Source: an uncultured Chloroflexota bacterium
GTDB lineage: Bacteria; Chloroflexota; Dehalococcoidia; Lucifugimonadales; UBA1127
Assembly: GCA_913045315.1 (NCBI GenBank)
Contig: CAJWQJ010000007.1
Location: 8,549-72,548 of the forward strand
Length of the DNA stretch: 64,000 nucleotides
Direction: 5' to 3'
The notes under the pieces are model-generated. The model ran no database searches, was not told where the DNA came from, and saw nothing but the letters and a program-made list of their open reading frames with translations. Position 1 is the first letter of the stretch; every line of letters starts with the position of its first letter. Of the stretch, positions 29,664 through 40,033 are shown in pieces. Made by a program: the position numbers and the translations under genes.

Positions 29664-32147
29664 ATGACTACACCTAATAACCGAACTGTCAAATTGCGAT
29701 GGAACCCTAACTTCATTGATGCTAAATGGCAAAATCAATGGACCATCGATGGTTTGAACAAAGTCGACGATAATGATTCAAAACCTAAATGGTATGAACT
29801 CACCATGTATCCTTATCCTTCAGGTGATACACATATTGGACACTGGTATGCAATGGCACCCGCAGATGCCCACGCAAGATTTAGACGAATGCAAGGATAC
29901 AACGTTCTTCACCCAATGGGATTTGATGCCTTTGGTTTGCCAGCAGAAAACGCTGCCATAAAAAGAGGTGTCCATCCACGTTCATGGACCATGGCAAATA
30001 TCGAAAAGATGCGAAAACAATTGAAATCCATGGGAACTATTTACGATTGGGACAGGGAAATCATATGTGCACTACCAAATTATTATAAATGGAATCAATG
30101 GTTATTCCTTAAACTATATGAAGCTGGGCTTGCTTATAGAAGTGATGCTCCTGCAGTTTGGTGCCCATCTTGCCAAACTGTATTAGCTAATGAACAAGTA
30201 ATCGAAGGACAATGTGAACGATGTGGAACCCCTATTGTAAGAAGAAAATTAAATCAATGGTTTTTGGGTATAACTGAATATGCAGACGAACTATTAGAAT
30301 CATCTGAAAATTTAGATTGGCCTGATCGCATTATTACCATGCAAAAAAACTGGATAGGAAGGAACGAAGGAACCGAGGTTTCATTTGACATATCACACAT
30401 GGGAATTAATGAAAAAGACATTAAAGTTTTTACCACTCGGCCTGATACTCTCTATGGAGTAACATTTATGGTATTAGCTCCAGAACACCCATTATTACCA
30501 TTACTAACTACTAAAGAAAATAAAATAGCTGTTACAAGTTATGTAGAAAAAGCTATTAACAGATCAGATATTGAAAGATTGTCTACAGACCAAGAAAAAT
30601 CAGGAGTTGCACTTGGTTCATACTGTATAAATAGAATAAACAATGAAAAAATTCCTATTTTTACATCAGACTACGTAGTCTCTTGGTATGCAACTGGTGC
30701 AGTAATGGGTGTACCTGCTCACGATCAACGCGATTTCGAATTCGCAACCAAGTTCAATATCCCTATCAAACAGGTAATTTCTCCTGAGAAATCATTTAGT
30801 CAAACCAAAGAATTACCTGAGGCTTTCGTTGGTTCAGGATTTTTAATTAATTCTGAGCAATTCAATGGCGAAGAAAATACTAATGCACAACAATCCATAA
30901 CTTCATTTCTAAGCTCAGCTGGATGGGGAAAATCTACAAGAACATACCGAATAAGAGATTGGTTAATTTCTCGCCAAAGATATTGGGGAACACCAATTCC
31001 AATAATCCATTGCTCAAACTGTGGCCTTGTTCCTGTTGAAGAAGATAAGTTGCCTGTCTTATTACCAGAAAATGCTGAATTTAAACCTAGTGGTGAATCT
31101 CCATTGGCTCGCCACGAAGAATTCAGAAATACCGAATGCCCTAGTTGTTCAACTCCAGCATATAGGGAAACTGATACTATGGACACATTTTTCGATTCAT
31201 CATGGTACTTCTTACGATACACAAGTTCACAATTAGACACAGCTTCTTGGGATCCTGAAAAAGTAAAGAAATGGCTACCTGTTGATCAATATACTGGTGG
31301 GGCAGAACATGCAGTAATGCATCTTCTTTATGCAAGATTTTTTATTAAGGCTCTAAGAGATATCGGATTACTCTCAATAGACGAACCTTTTCTAAGATTA
31401 TTTAATCAAGGTCATATAATTGCTGATGGTACAAAAATGAGTAAATCACGAGGAAATGTTGTTAATCCAGACCCATACGTTGAAGAACTTGGCGCAGATG
31501 TAGTCCGAACATATCTTATGTTCGTTGGCCCATGGGAAGGTGGAGGGGAATGGAATGATTCAGGAATAAATGGTATTGCAAGATGGCTTAACAGAATATG
31601 GGAACTAGTAACACATGATCCTAAACCAAATATTGAAACCCAAAAACTTCCCAAAGTTGATGAATTAATTCAAAGAAGATTACATCAAACTATTCGAAAA
31701 GTTCATAACGACCTAGATTCTTTTAAATTCAACACTGCTATAGCTGCATTGATGGAATTCAGTAATGACCTGCAAGAAATTCGTAAAACAAAAAACTATG
31801 ATCCAAAAACTTGGATTAATACTTGTAAAACATTTTTAATAATGCTTTCACCAATAGCCCCTCATATAACCGAAGAACTTTGGGAAATCTTAGGTGAAAA
31901 AAATAGTATACATAAACAATTATTTCCTTCTTGGAATGATTCAATTGCAGAAGAAAATCAAATTCCATTGATTGTTCAAATCAATGGAAAGATGAGAGAC
32001 CGAATCATCGTACCATCAGGAATTGACGAAAAAGAGGCAGAAAAAACTGCATTGGAAAGCCCCAACGTACAGCGACATCTGGAAGGAAACTCAATAAATA
32101 AAATTGTTTACGTACAAAACAAAATCATTAATATAGTTGTGAGTTAG
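29664..32147 (+). CDS. leuS: leucine--tRNA ligase
   Basis: HIGH motif (GDTHIGHWY) and KMSKS (GTKMSKSRGN). 827 aa. Confidence 0.97.
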   Translation: MTTPNNRTVKLRWNPNFIDAKWQNQWTIDGLNKVDDNDSKPKWYELTMYPYPSGDTHIGHWYAMAPADAHARFRRMQGYNVLHPMGFDAFGLPAENAAIKRGVHPRSWTMANIEKMRKQLKSMGTIYDWDREIICALPNYYKWNQWLFLKLYEAGLAYRSDAPAVWCPSCQTVLANEQVIEGQCERCGTPIVRRKLNQWFLGITEYADELLESSENLDWPDRIITMQKNWIGRNEGTEVSFDISHMGINEKDIKVFTTRPDTLYGVTFMVLAPEHPLLPLLTTKENKIAVTSYVEKAINRSDIERLSTDQEKSGVALGSYCINRINNEKIPIFTSDYVVSWYATGAVMGVPAHDQRDFEFATKFNIPIKQVISPEKSFSQTKELPEAFVGSGFLINSEQFNGEENTNAQQSITSFLSSAGWGKSTRTYRIRDWLISRQRYWGTPIPIIHCSNCGLVPVEEDKLPVLLPENAEFKPSGESPLARHEEFRNTECPSCSTPAYRETDTMDTFFDSSWYFLRYTSSQLDTASWDPEKVKKWLPVDQYTGGAEHAVMHLLYARFFIKALRDIGLLSIDEPFLRLFNQGHIIADGTKMSKSRGNVVNPDPYVEELGADVVRTYLMFVGPWEGGGEWNDSGINGIARWLNRIWELVTHDPKPNIETQKLPKVDELIQRRLHQTIRKVHNDLDSFKFNTAIAALMEFSNDLQEIRKTKNYDPKTWINTCKTFLIMLSPIAPHITEELWEILGEKNSIHKQLFPSWNDSIAEENQIPLIVQINGKMRDRIIVPSGIDEKEAEKTALESPNVQRHLEGNSINKIVYVQNKIINIVVS

Positions 32148-32151
32148 TTTA

Positions 32152-33264
32152 ATGACTAAATTAGATGAAAAATCTCTAGAAATAATAAGCAAAATATCTT
32201 TGATTCCATCACTTCCATTCCAAGAACAACAAATTGCTAAATACATCACTGATCTTCTTCGTGAATGGAGAATCTCATATGAAGTTGATCAATTTGGAAA
32301 TATAATTGCTACACTTCCCGGGGAATCATTAACCGACGGAATTGGATTTGTGGCTCATATGGACCATCCTGGATTTGAAATAGTTCAAATGGAAAATTCT
32401 AATTTTATTGCTAAAGCTTTAGGAGGAGTACCAGAATGGACTTTTACAAAAAAAACTCCTGTCAAAATTGTTGGGAATGATAATGAAATAATCAAAGGAT
32501 ATCTGAACGGTCGTTTTGGATCGATTAACGATCGTATGGTTTATGTTCAAACTGATAATGATAAAAAGGTCAATATTTCTGCAGGAGTCATTTTTGATGT
32601 AGAAGGTTTTAATATTTCAAATAACACAATTAAAATGTTAGCAGCTGATGACTTAGCCGGATGTTCTGCAATTCTTGCTGCCCTTGAAAGTGCTCGACAC
32701 CTTAAGCGAAATCAAACAATATATGGAATATTTACTAGAGCAGAAGAAGTAGGTCTAGTTGGTGCTAGGGCGATTGCAAATAATAAAACAATACCAATGG
32801 ATACATTTATCGTTTCTGTAGAATCCAGTCGTGAATTAGCTAGCGCACATGCAGGAAGGGGACCCGTAATTCGTACTGGTGATGCACTATTCACATTTAA
32901 CTATGAAGCAGAACAAATCCTATCAATCGCACGCGAAAATCTGGAAAATAATTCAAGCGACTTTCAAGCTCAACGTCAATTAATGAGTGGAGGAGTATGT
33001 GAGGCAAGTGCTTTTATAGTAAATGGATATCGTTCTACTGGAATCGCTTTACCACTAAGAAATTACCATAATGCAGGAGAAGAGGAAAATACTTTAGCTG
33101 AAGAAATCAATCTTTCAGATTTCTTAAATGCTTCACGAATTATACTTGAAGCATCTCAATCAGTTAACAAAAGACATGAATCAAAAGCTTTGGAACGGTT
33201 ATCGCAAGTTCCAAAAAATGAACTAATCCGTCTCGAAAAATCCAACAATATTATATCACTATAA
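32152..33264 (+). CDS. M42/M28-like metallo-aminopeptidase family protein
   Basis: Contains GFVAHMDHPGF and AADDLAGCSAIL metal-ligand-type blocks. 370 aa. The family assignment is approximate. Confidence 0.5.
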   Translation: MTKLDEKSLEIISKISLIPSLPFQEQQIAKYITDLLREWRISYEVDQFGNIIATLPGESLTDGIGFVAHMDHPGFEIVQMENSNFIAKALGGVPEWTFTKKTPVKIVGNDNEIIKGYLNGRFGSINDRMVYVQTDNDKKVNISAGVIFDVEGFNISNNTIKMLAADDLAGCSAILAALESARHLKRNQTIYGIFTRAEEVGLVGARAIANNKTIPMDTFIVSVESSRELASAHAGRGPVIRTGDALFTFNYEAEQILSIARENLENNSSDFQAQRQLMSGGVCEASAFIVNGYRSTGIALPLRNYHNAGEEENTLAEEINLSDFLNASRIILEASQSVNKRHESKALERLSQVPKNELIRLEKSNNIISL

Positions 33265-33302
33265 GAGCATGTGTGATAAAATAAATGTTTACAAAAACTC
33301 CT

Positions 33303-33377
33303 CGCGGGGTGGAGCAGTGGCAGCTCGTTGGGCTCATAACCCAAAGGTCGGTGGTTCGAATCCACCCCCCGCTACCA
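33303..33377 (+). tRNA. initiator tRNA-fMet (anticodon CAU), CCA encoded
   Basis: CGCGGGG...CTCATAA..., with three consecutive G-C pairs closing the anticodon stem (GGG/CCC). Positions 1:72 are mismatched (C1 x U72). T arm GGTGG-TTCGAAT-CCACC. Confidence 0.9.
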
Positions 33378-33406
33378 GAACACAATTCATTTAATTATGA
33401 AAACCA

Positions 33407-34666
33407 TCATGAAGGTCTCACACCTAATGTAACAGATCTTTGAATTACTTCCCCTTCAGAAAAAATTTCGACTTCAATCACATCACCTGGAGAAGTTTTA
33501 TTATTAAGAAAAACTAATAAATCATCAGCATTTCTAATATCAATTTTGTTAATATTCAAAACGACATCACCTGCTACAAAACCTGCATCTTCAGCAGGGG
33601 TATTAGGATAAATAAATGATAGGACTGCACCAGATAAATTTTCCCTAGGCAATACTTCTTTCATCTTAAGTTCTATTTCGTTCGTGATATCGCCAACCCC
33701 AACCCCAAGATAAGAATATTCATAAACCCCAATCTCAATCAGGGAAGGAACTACACGTTTTGCGATATCAATTGGAATGGCGAAACCTATACCTACATTT
33801 GATCCACCAGAACTGTATATCATATAGTTTACACCTATTGCTTCGCCCTTGTTGTTTAGAAGGGGGCCACCCGAATTGCCTGGATTAATAGCAGCATCAG
33901 TTTGAATAACTTCTGTGATTGAATAGGGGCTATCTTTTGCTTGAAATGTTCTCCCTACAGCACTAACAATACCAGTTGTCATTGTATTACGTTGTGCGAA
34001 TGGATTACCAAGAGCAACAGTCATATGACCAGGAACAACTTCATTACTACTGCCAATAGTGATAGGCTCCAATTCAATTAAATCATCAGCATCAATGATT
34101 CTTATAACTGCAAGATCAGAATGAATATCAGATCCAACTATCTCAGCAGAAAATTCTTTACCATCCGACATAACAACGATAATTCTTGAAGCTCCTTCTA
34201 TAACATGATTATTGGTAACAATATGCCCAAATTGATCCCATGCAAAACCGGATCCTTGACCTAACTCCCGATCAAATTGTTGCAAACTCCAATAATCTAC
34301 CAGTTTTTCAGTAGTACGAATGCTTACTACCGAATTTTTAGTATCACTATAAATTTTAGATAATATAAGTTCTTGAGCTTCAAGAATCTTTTGAGCATCT
34401 TGAAAATCATTTTTTTGGGAATATGAACTCTCGTTATCTTCAGATAAAAGGTCTTTTTTTGAAATTTGAGCATTTTCTAAATTTGAAGATGACAAAACTT
34501 GATCATTTGAAGCAATAGGTTCAGATTCGTTCTCAGAATTATTCCCATTAATACATGCAATAAGTGATAAAATTGATATCGCTACAATTGAAAAATATAT
34601 TCTTTTGCTTTTTATATAGTTCATCAAATAAATCCTGGTAATATCAAAAGTATTGTAATCAATCAA
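33407..34666 (-). CDS. HtrA/DegP-family serine protease with PDZ domain, probable lipoprotein
   Basis: Trypsin-fold catalytic blocks (TNNHVI, DLAVI, GNSGGPLL) and a C-terminal PDZ domain. The likely start is the internal Met at 34624, giving the signal MNYIKSKRIYFSIVAISILSLIAC (lipobox LIAC). Confidence 0.8.
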   Translation of the reverse strand: MIDYNTFDITRIYLMNYIKSKRIYFSIVAISILSLIACINGNNSENESEPIASNDQVLSSSNLENAQISKKDLLSEDNESSYSQKNDFQDAQKILEAQELILSKIYSDTKNSVVSIRTTEKLVDYWSLQQFDRELGQGSGFAWDQFGHIVTNNHVIEGASRIIVVMSDGKEFSAEIVGSDIHSDLAVIRIIDADDLIELEPITIGSSNEVVPGHMTVALGNPFAQRNTMTTGIVSAVGRTFQAKDSPYSITEVIQTDAAINPGNSGGPLLNNKGEAIGVNYMIYSSGGSNVGIGFAIPIDIAKRVVPSLIEIGVYEYSYLGVGVGDITNEIELKMKEVLPRENLSGAVLSFIYPNTPAEDAGFVAGDVVLNINKIDIRNADDLLVFLNNKTSPGDVIEVEIFSEGEVIQRSVTLGVRPS

Positions 34667-34755
34667 AACGTTTTACATTATAAAACGTTTTGGGGTTAAA
34701 AAAGATAGTCTTAGCACTTTATTAAAGTCAAAAAGAGTCAACAAAATAATTACTT

Positions 34756-35664
34756 TTATGAAGATGGACCATCATTTTGATCTAGTCTTTGTCCGACATC
34801 CATCAAAAATTGTTGGACATCAGGTGCTAGTGGTAAAGAATCTTCAAAACTAGCTCCACTTTGAGGAACATCGCTACGATTATCATATTCCTGTTCTAAT
34901 TGATCCACTAAATTCTTTGCGGCAGAATTGCTTTCCATTTGAACATCTACTTCTTGATATTGTTTGACACCTAATGAATATTCGGGGAAATCTTCATTAA
35001 TATCATAAAGGGCATTCAAAGCTTCCAACAATCTAGCAGCTCCATTATAGTCCTCTTCTAACTGAAGATACTGAGGAAGGTGAGTCATTATAGAAATTGA
35101 TTCAATATCTCGGCTAGCTTGTTCTTCATTCATCAGGCCCATTATAGTTGTTGGTCCTTCGTAAGTACTCTGGCGTTGAGTTACTAAATTTGCTAACTTT
35201 TCACCTGAACTTCCAGAAGCTTGCCCCGTAAGCAATAAAGGTCTTGTATGGGGGACAGCATTCCACATTGCTCCAACCCTACAGTGTAGCTGCACGTCAA
35301 AAAATTCAAACAGCTTCAGTAACGAATCTATATAATCTTCAGCCATATGATGAGGTTCGAGAATGTTTATGAAGATTAAATCAGGAAATCCATCCCTTTG
35401 AGCATAAGATATCGATGTGTTTGGTATTGAAACTAGTCGTTCGCCATCCCTTAGATAAGTATTTGGGCGATATCGTGTAAAATCAAAAAAATCACCCGGA
35501 CGATTTAATTCACCCAATTCCCTAGATTCAAATATTTCTTCCATACGTGCCAAGGTCAGAGTTCCTGCAGAACCTGCATCTACCCAAGGATGTAAAATTG
35601 AAATAGCATGAGGTTTGACAAGGTTCGGTATCGGTTCGAAAATTTCAAAAGCTCCAATTTTCAT
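34756..35664 (-). CDS. PAC2-family (proteasome-assembly-chaperone-like) protein
   Basis: The N-terminus ...PHAISILHPWVDAGSAGTLTLARMEE is as I remember bacterial PAC2/DUF75 proteins. Acidic C-terminal tail. Assignment from memory only. Confidence 0.45.
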   Translation of the reverse strand: MKIGAFEIFEPIPNLVKPHAISILHPWVDAGSAGTLTLARMEEIFESRELGELNRPGDFFDFTRYRPNTYLRDGERLVSIPNTSISYAQRDGFPDLIFINILEPHHMAEDYIDSLLKLFEFFDVQLHCRVGAMWNAVPHTRPLLLTGQASGSSGEKLANLVTQRQSTYEGPTTIMGLMNEEQASRDIESISIMTHLPQYLQLEEDYNGAARLLEALNALYDINEDFPEYSLGVKQYQEVDVQMESNSAAKNLVDQLEQEYDNRSDVPQSGASFEDSLPLAPDVQQFLMDVGQRLDQNDGPSS

Positions 35665-35861
35665 ATAAACCTACCTATAAGATCTATTATAACTTTTTAA
35701 AACCATTAAATTAACTACCTTCTGATTATATCTTAATGCGGAAAAAATGTGTGCTTTTTTTGATAATTATATTTTACAAACATTAACTTATTCGTTTATT
35801 AAAGATGTTAATGCTGCCATATAAAGATTTATGATATAGAATAGTCATAGGAAGGTTAAGC

Positions 35862-37121
35862 ATGCTTGATGAATCAACTATTGAAACCATTCTCCATAGG
35901 GGTGTATCTGAAATAATCGAGGAAAAAGAATTTCTAAGATTATTAAATGGTGAAAAAAAATTACGACTTAAGATGGGATTTGACCCCTCTAGTCCTGATA
36001 TTCATCTGGGTCATGTTGTTGGATTAAAGAAACTGAGACAACTACAAGAACTTGGACATAAAGCGGTAGTTATTGTAGGAGACTGGACTGCACAAATAGG
36101 AGACCCTAGTGGACAATCAGTCACTCGACCTATGCTAACGCACGAACAAGTTTCAGAAAATGCCGCATCATACCTGAAGCAATTCTTTAAAGTTGTTGAT
36201 CGCGACAAAACCGAAGTCTTATGGCAAAGCGAATGGCTTGGAAAATTTACTCTATCTGAAGTCATTCAACTTACTTCAAAATTTACATTAGCGCAAATAA
36301 TACAAAGAGACGATTTTAAGAAGCGATGGGAAAGTGGAAGACCTATCGCGATAACAGAACTTCTTTATCCTCTTTTACAAGGTTATGATTCCGTGATCGT
36401 TAGGTCAGATATTGAATTTGGTGGAACAGATCAAAAATTTAATCTTTTAGTTGGACGCGAATTGCAAGTCATGATGAACCAAATTCCTCAACAATGTCTA
36501 ATGGTACCAATATTAGTTGGCACTGACGGTATCCAAAAAATGAGCAAGAGTTTAGGAAACTACATTGGTGTTGATGAACCTCCTAATGAACAATATGGGA
36601 AAATAATGTCGCTTCCTGATAATCTAATAACTGAATATTTCGAATTATTAACTGATATTTCTCGGAATGATCTAATTGAAATAAAAAATAATATATCCGA
36701 TCTTTCTAAAAATCCTATGGATATAAAAAAGAGGCTTGGATATGAAATCGTAAAGCAATTCTGGGGCGTTCATGATGCTCAAATTGCAGAAAAACAATTT
36801 GAAGATGTATTTCAAAAAAGAGGCATCCCCAATGAAATACCTACAATTATATTTAAAAAAAATCAATCCTCTCAGGAAAACTTGATTTACAACTTTATTC
36901 TTGGAAGCGGCAAGGAAATAACTATGGAATCTAATGAACCATTAAATTCCATAGTTACTGCACTCGGTCTCGTCGAAAGTAGAAGTGAAGCTAAAAGATT
37001 GCTATCACAAGACGCATTTGAACTTGATGGGCACAAAATATCAAACGATTTTCCCATTCAACATAATTCCGTACTTAAAATTGGCAAAAGAAGGTTTTTT
37101 CGTTTCATTGAAATTTCTTAA
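35862..37121 (+). CDS. tyrS: tyrosine--tRNA ligase
   Basis: HIGH-type DIHLGHVVG, KMSKS (QKMSKSLGN) and a C-terminal S4-like domain. Confidence 0.93.
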   Translation: MLDESTIETILHRGVSEIIEEKEFLRLLNGEKKLRLKMGFDPSSPDIHLGHVVGLKKLRQLQELGHKAVVIVGDWTAQIGDPSGQSVTRPMLTHEQVSENAASYLKQFFKVVDRDKTEVLWQSEWLGKFTLSEVIQLTSKFTLAQIIQRDDFKKRWESGRPIAITELLYPLLQGYDSVIVRSDIEFGGTDQKFNLLVGRELQVMMNQIPQQCLMVPILVGTDGIQKMSKSLGNYIGVDEPPNEQYGKIMSLPDNLITEYFELLTDISRNDLIEIKNNISDLSKNPMDIKKRLGYEIVKQFWGVHDAQIAEKQFEDVFQKRGIPNEIPTIIFKKNQSSQENLIYNFILGSGKEITMESNEPLNSIVTALGLVESRSEAKRLLSQDAFELDGHKISNDFPIQHNSVLKIGKRRFFRFIEIS

Positions 37122-37245
37122 TAGTGGCAACAGCAACATGCCATCAATTTTTCATACTGATAAAACTATTTCCTACTTTATAGTTCAAGCATTTTCGTAG
37201 TACAATAATACAGTTTTCTTAAAAGATTTTAGGAGGATCAGTCTA

Positions 37246-38328
37246 TTGAATCTAAGAGTACCCGGACCTACACCTGTTCCTGAAGATATTCGTGCAGCTG
37301 GTGCACAACAAATGATTAATCATCGTGGTCCAGAATTTGCCGAACTAATAAATAGTGTTCACAGTGGATTGCAACACATTTTTCAAACAAAACAAGAAGT
37401 CTCTATTCTTACTGCATCTGGCACAGGTGCTATGGAGGCGGCTGTTGTCAACTCTTTTTCTCCTGGTGACAAAGTTCTCTCAATCAGTATAGGTGTATTT
37501 GGAAACAGATTCGCCCAGATTGCTGAAATTTATGGTGCTGAAATAGTAAAACCCACCATTCCATACGGTTCAGCAGCTGATCCTGAATTAATAAAAAATG
37601 AATTAGAAAAAAACCCCTCTATTAAAGGTGTACTTGTTACTCATAACGAAACATCAACAGGTGTAACTAATGACATCAAGTCAATTGCAAAAGTGGTAAA
37701 AAGTTTTGATAAACTTCTTTTGGTTGATGCTATAAGTAGTTTAGGTTGCATCCCTTTGCCAACTGATGAATGGAACTGCGATGTGGTAATATCAGGTTCT
37801 CAAAAAGGATTCATGGTGCCTCCAGGATTAGCTTTTGGAGTCCAGAGTGATGCTGCTCTTTCAGCTTCAAAAACAGCGACTATGCCTCGATTTTATTTTG
37901 ATTTTGAAAGACATACTTCTTACTATCATAGAGGCCAAACACCTTGGACTCCTGCGGTTTCGATATTTTATGGACTTGATCTCGCTTTAAAGAAGATGTT
38001 AAACGAAGGCTTAGCTAATATTTTCACTCGTCATGAAAAAACTGCTACTAAAGTTAGAAGTGCGGTTAAAGAGATTGGTTTGAAATTATTTGCCGAAGAT
38101 GAGCAATCTGCTTCAAATACAGTAACTTCTGTTAGAATTCCTGAAAGTGTAGATGCCAAAAGACTCCTTGGTTTATTAAGAACAGAGCACAATATCGTAC
38201 TAGCCGGAGGGCAAGCCGATTTAGACGGAAAAATATTTAGAATTGGCCATCTTGGATACGTAGAAGAAAAAGAAATTGACGAAGTAATTGAAAAACTTAA
38301 AGTTGTACTCCCTGAAGTGGGATTTTAA
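37246..38328 (+). CDS. class V aminotransferase (serine-pyruvate/alanine-glyoxylate type; possibly the phosphoserine aminotransferase of this organism)
   Basis: TTG start 9 nt after AGGAGG. PLP-lysine block SGSQKGFMVPPGLAF. Adjacent to serA. Confidence 0.8.
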   Translation: MNLRVPGPTPVPEDIRAAGAQQMINHRGPEFAELINSVHSGLQHIFQTKQEVSILTASGTGAMEAAVVNSFSPGDKVLSISIGVFGNRFAQIAEIYGAEIVKPTIPYGSAADPELIKNELEKNPSIKGVLVTHNETSTGVTNDIKSIAKVVKSFDKLLLVDAISSLGCIPLPTDEWNCDVVISGSQKGFMVPPGLAFGVQSDAALSASKTATMPRFYFDFERHTSYYHRGQTPWTPAVSIFYGLDLALKKMLNEGLANIFTRHEKTATKVRSAVKEIGLKLFAEDEQSASNTVTSVRIPESVDAKRLLGLLRTEHNIVLAGGQADLDGKIFRIGHLGYVEEKEIDEVIEKLKVVLPEVGF

Positions 38329-38356
38329 TTAGATATTAATAAGTCTGGAGATACCT

Positions 38357-39940
38357 TTGAGAATACTTATTGCTGACCCTATTCATGAAATTGGAATTGA
38401 ATTTTTACAACAACAAAATGATATTGAAGTAATAGTGCCTTCTGAACGTTTGACCAATAATACTCTCCTCAATTTCATAAGTGACGTAGAAGGAGTAATT
38501 ATCCGAAGTGAATCACAAATAAATGAGGAGGTAATTCTTGCCGCAAAAAAATTAAGAGTTATCGGACGTGCAGGAGTAGGTATTGACAACATCAATATTA
38601 CATCAGCAACAAGTAATGGTATTGCAGTCGTCAATGCTCCAACTGGAAACATAATTGCTGCAGCTGAACATACCATAGCCATGATGTTGGCATCAGCTCG
38701 TCACATTCCCAAAGCAGATGCCTCATTAAAAGATCAACTTTGGAATCGTTCGCAATTTATGGGCATTCAAATACTTAACAAAACTTTGGGCATAATTGGA
38801 CTAGGCAGAGTGGGAACTGAGGTAGCCAGAATGGCTTTAGGGTTAAAAATGAAAGTGATTGGATGTGACCCATTTGTTACTGAAGAACGAGCAAACCGAA
38901 TAGGAGTTGAACTAGTTGAATTTGAACAATTGCTCCCTAAGTCAGACTTTTTAACAATTCATACACCCTTAACTGATCCCTCTCAGTATCTTATAGGTAA
39001 AGATGAAATAGAAAAGCTTAAACCCGGAGCAACTATTATTAACGTAGCAAGAGGTGGATTAGTGGACGAAAACGCATTAATGAGAGCTCTTGATGAAAAT
39101 AAACTAGCTTCGGCAGCTATAGATGTATTTAAGGAAGAACCCCCTGAAGATTACACTTTAGCTAAACATCCAAAAGTTATTGCAACTCCACACCTCGGAG
39201 CTTCAACAAACGAAGCTCAATCTGATGTTGCAATCGAGGTTGCAGAACAAGTACTTGCAGTTTTAAGAGGACAACCTGCATCAAACACTCTCAACGCACC
39301 TTTCTCTTCTCGGGAAGGCGATGAGGATATCGCACCGTATATGCAAGTTGCCGCAACAATAGGAAAAATCGCAATCCAACTAGCTTCAGGACAAATTCGA
39401 AGCATAGGAATTGAGTATACTGGAAATATTGCCAGCTACAACACTGATGGAATCAAGGCTGCCGCTTTGGTCGGACTATTACAACATGTAACTAATTCAC
39501 GTGTAAGTTTAGTAAACGCTTTGTTACTTGCCGACCAAAGAGGATTAGATATCGTTGAAACACATAATTCTTCAACTACTGAATATGTAAATTTACTTAC
39601 AATCCGAATAAATACAGATAATGGTAGTGTTGTGCTTGCCGGATCTAATGTTAGAGGAAACACTCACATACTGCGTGTTAATGATTATCACTTCGATACA
39701 ACTATTGATAGCCCACACCTTTTGTTCGTTGAAAACATCGATAGACCTGGTGTAATAGGTGGAATTGGAGCAATCGCAGGCAAAGCCGATATTAACATAA
39801 GCTTTATGGTACTAGGACGATTGGCACCGCGAGGTCATGCTATGATGATACTTGGTATAGATGAGTTTATTCCATCGACAGCAAGAGAAGAATTAGAAAA
39901 GTTCCCAGGAATTACTAACGTTCGAGCAGTTAGTCTGTAA
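38357..39940 (+). CDS. serA: D-3-phosphoglycerate dehydrogenase (long form with ASB and ACT domains)
   Basis: NAD motif GIIGLGRVG, catalytic HLGAST, and a C-terminal ACT-like domain. 527 aa. TTG start after GGAG. Confidence 0.9.
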   Translation: MRILIADPIHEIGIEFLQQQNDIEVIVPSERLTNNTLLNFISDVEGVIIRSESQINEEVILAAKKLRVIGRAGVGIDNINITSATSNGIAVVNAPTGNIIAAAEHTIAMMLASARHIPKADASLKDQLWNRSQFMGIQILNKTLGIIGLGRVGTEVARMALGLKMKVIGCDPFVTEERANRIGVELVEFEQLLPKSDFLTIHTPLTDPSQYLIGKDEIEKLKPGATIINVARGGLVDENALMRALDENKLASAAIDVFKEEPPEDYTLAKHPKVIATPHLGASTNEAQSDVAIEVAEQVLAVLRGQPASNTLNAPFSSREGDEDIAPYMQVAATIGKIAIQLASGQIRSIGIEYTGNIASYNTDGIKAAALVGLLQHVTNSRVSLVNALLLADQRGLDIVETHNSSTTEYVNLLTIRINTDNGSVVLAGSNVRGNTHILRVNDYHFDTTIDSPHLLFVENIDRPGVIGGIGAIAGKADINISFMVLGRLAPRGHAMMILGIDEFIPSTAREELEKFPGITNVRAVSL

Positions 39941-39972
39941 TAGAAATAAATTCAAAGACGAATTTATTTCTA
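39941..39972 (+). terminator. hairpin terminator after serA
   Basis: TAGAAATAAATTC (39941..39953) and GAATTTATTTCTA (39960..39972) are exact complements, giving a 13-bp stem with a 6-nt loop. The stem is AT-rich and the T-tract is weak. Confidence 0.45.
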
Positions 39973-40033
39973 TTAGTGCAAATGTCAAAATTCTCTATTA
40001 TCATAAGTTATCATCAGCTGGGAGATTCATTTT

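Noticed and set aside
33156-33365. 69-aa minus-strand ORF overlapping the end of the peptidase gene.
   Set aside because: It runs antisense through the initiator tRNA gene and the peptidase 3' end. Artefact.
34711-34740. TTAGCACTT upstream of the HtrA gene, resembling a CIRCE half-site (TTAGCACTC-N9-GAGTGCTAA).
   Set aside because: The partner half is only GAGTCA, at the wrong spacing, so there is no convincing inverted repeat.
35665-35861. A possible T-box leader upstream of tyrS (197-nt intergenic region); similarly upstream of leuS.
   Set aside because: No T-box consensus (AAnnnGGGTGGtACCGCG-like), AG-bulge or terminator/antiterminator pair is visible. leuS has only a 17-nt gap.
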